Position numbers and translations under genes: made by a program. Source: Octopus sinensis (Eukaryota). Taken from it: a DNA stretch of 64,000 nt. The notes under the pieces are model-generated. The model saw nothing but the letters and a program-made list of their open reading frames with translations. It made no database searches and was not told the origin of the DNA. The stretch is from the NCBI RefSeq assembly GCF_006345805.1, contig NC_043006.1:13764001-13828000 (forward strand). The letters are read 5' to 3'. Below, one piece after another: positions 62,986-64,000 of this stretch; the first letter of the stretch is position 1, and each line of letters opens with the position of its first letter.

Positions 62986-63203
62986 TTCTTCTTTCTTATT
63001 TATGTGTCTCTCCTTACTAACCGTCAGCCATTTTGTATTTCTATTGTATGTGTCTTCATTTGCGCATGCGTATATCTCTATGTACGTCTATATTTAGTTA
63101 GTGTGTGTGGGGATGCCTGTAATATTTGTATCTTCTGTTTATATACGTTCGTGTAATTTGTTTTTTTTGTTTATTCTTATTTTGTTCATGTGTTTACACC
63201 CAC

Positions 63204-63234
<31 letters not shown>

Positions 63235-63389
63235 TATTATTGTTATTATTACGTATGCTTGTATGTATGTATGTATGTATGTATGTATGTATAACAACAA
63301 TACTAGTAATAATGAAAACAATTAAAAAATTAAAAATTAAAAATATTAAAAAATTAAAAATGCATGTGTGTATATACATATGCTAAGTT

Positions 63390-63510
63390 TAACTTCTAAC
63401 AACGTGGTTCTACATTCAGTTCAACTACGTGACACCTTGGGCAGGTGTCTTATATCATAGTCTCACGCTGACCAAAACTTTATGAGTGGATTTTGTAGAC
63501 AGAAATTGTC
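63390..63510 (+). mobile_element. SINE family A 5' half (diverged)
   Basis: CACCTTGGGCAGGTGTCTT..GACCAAAACTTTATGAGTGGATTTTGTAGACAGAAA. Confidence 0.65.
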
Positions 63511-63536
63511 ACACACACACACACACACACACACAC

Positions 63537-63638
<102 letters not shown>

Positions 63639-63810
63639 CTTCTTCCCTTCTTTCTCGTTCTCTCTCTGTTTCCTTCTCTTTCCCTCTTACTCTATCTCTT
63701 TCTCTCACTTTTACATTCTCTTTTCGCCCTTGCTTACCTCCTTTGTACCTTTCTCATCTCTCCCTGTTTCTTTAATCCCTCTGTTCCTTCGTTCTCTGTC
63801 TCTCTCTGTC

Positions 63811-63844
<34 letters not shown>

Positions 63845-64000
63845 CTCTCTCTCTCTCTCTCTCTGTCGCCCTCTCTTTCCCTCTCTCAACACTTCTTCTT
63901 CCCTACCACGTCCTCTAGGACTTGCTCCATTTCCAGTTCGTTCGATAGCTGCAAAGTTCTTTCTGTATTTGTGGTATATGAATAATTATCATTTTTTTTT

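Overview
AT-rich eukaryotic repeat-derived DNA, dense in microsatellites. The SINE families look like those I recall from octopus genomes; this assignment is inference, not checked. I find no supportable host protein-coding gene, rRNA, intact tRNA or CRISPR array, and most ORF-track entries are microsatellite artefacts. The window is a nested set of decayed mobile elements: R4/Dong-type RLE LINEs in (AAT)n tracts, two CR1 3' fragments, a Tx1/L1-clade LINE inside a (GATA)n tract plus an internally deleted Tx1-like remnant, a Penelope-like element (RT + GIY-YIG), a mariner transposase pseudogene, a decayed Helitron Rep/helicase with four short non-autonomous Helitrons, and at least four tRNA-head SINE families. 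The most notable unexplained signals are (1) several distinct type-I hammerhead-ribozyme folds, including two with canonical cores and a repeated A6U core variant tied to the Penelope 3' end, and (2) a SINE whose 3' end matches the Tx1 3' end, suggesting a Tx1-SINE partnership with microsatellite targeting and SINE multimer formation. Boundaries were read by eye and are approximate unless a TSD or stem is quoted.
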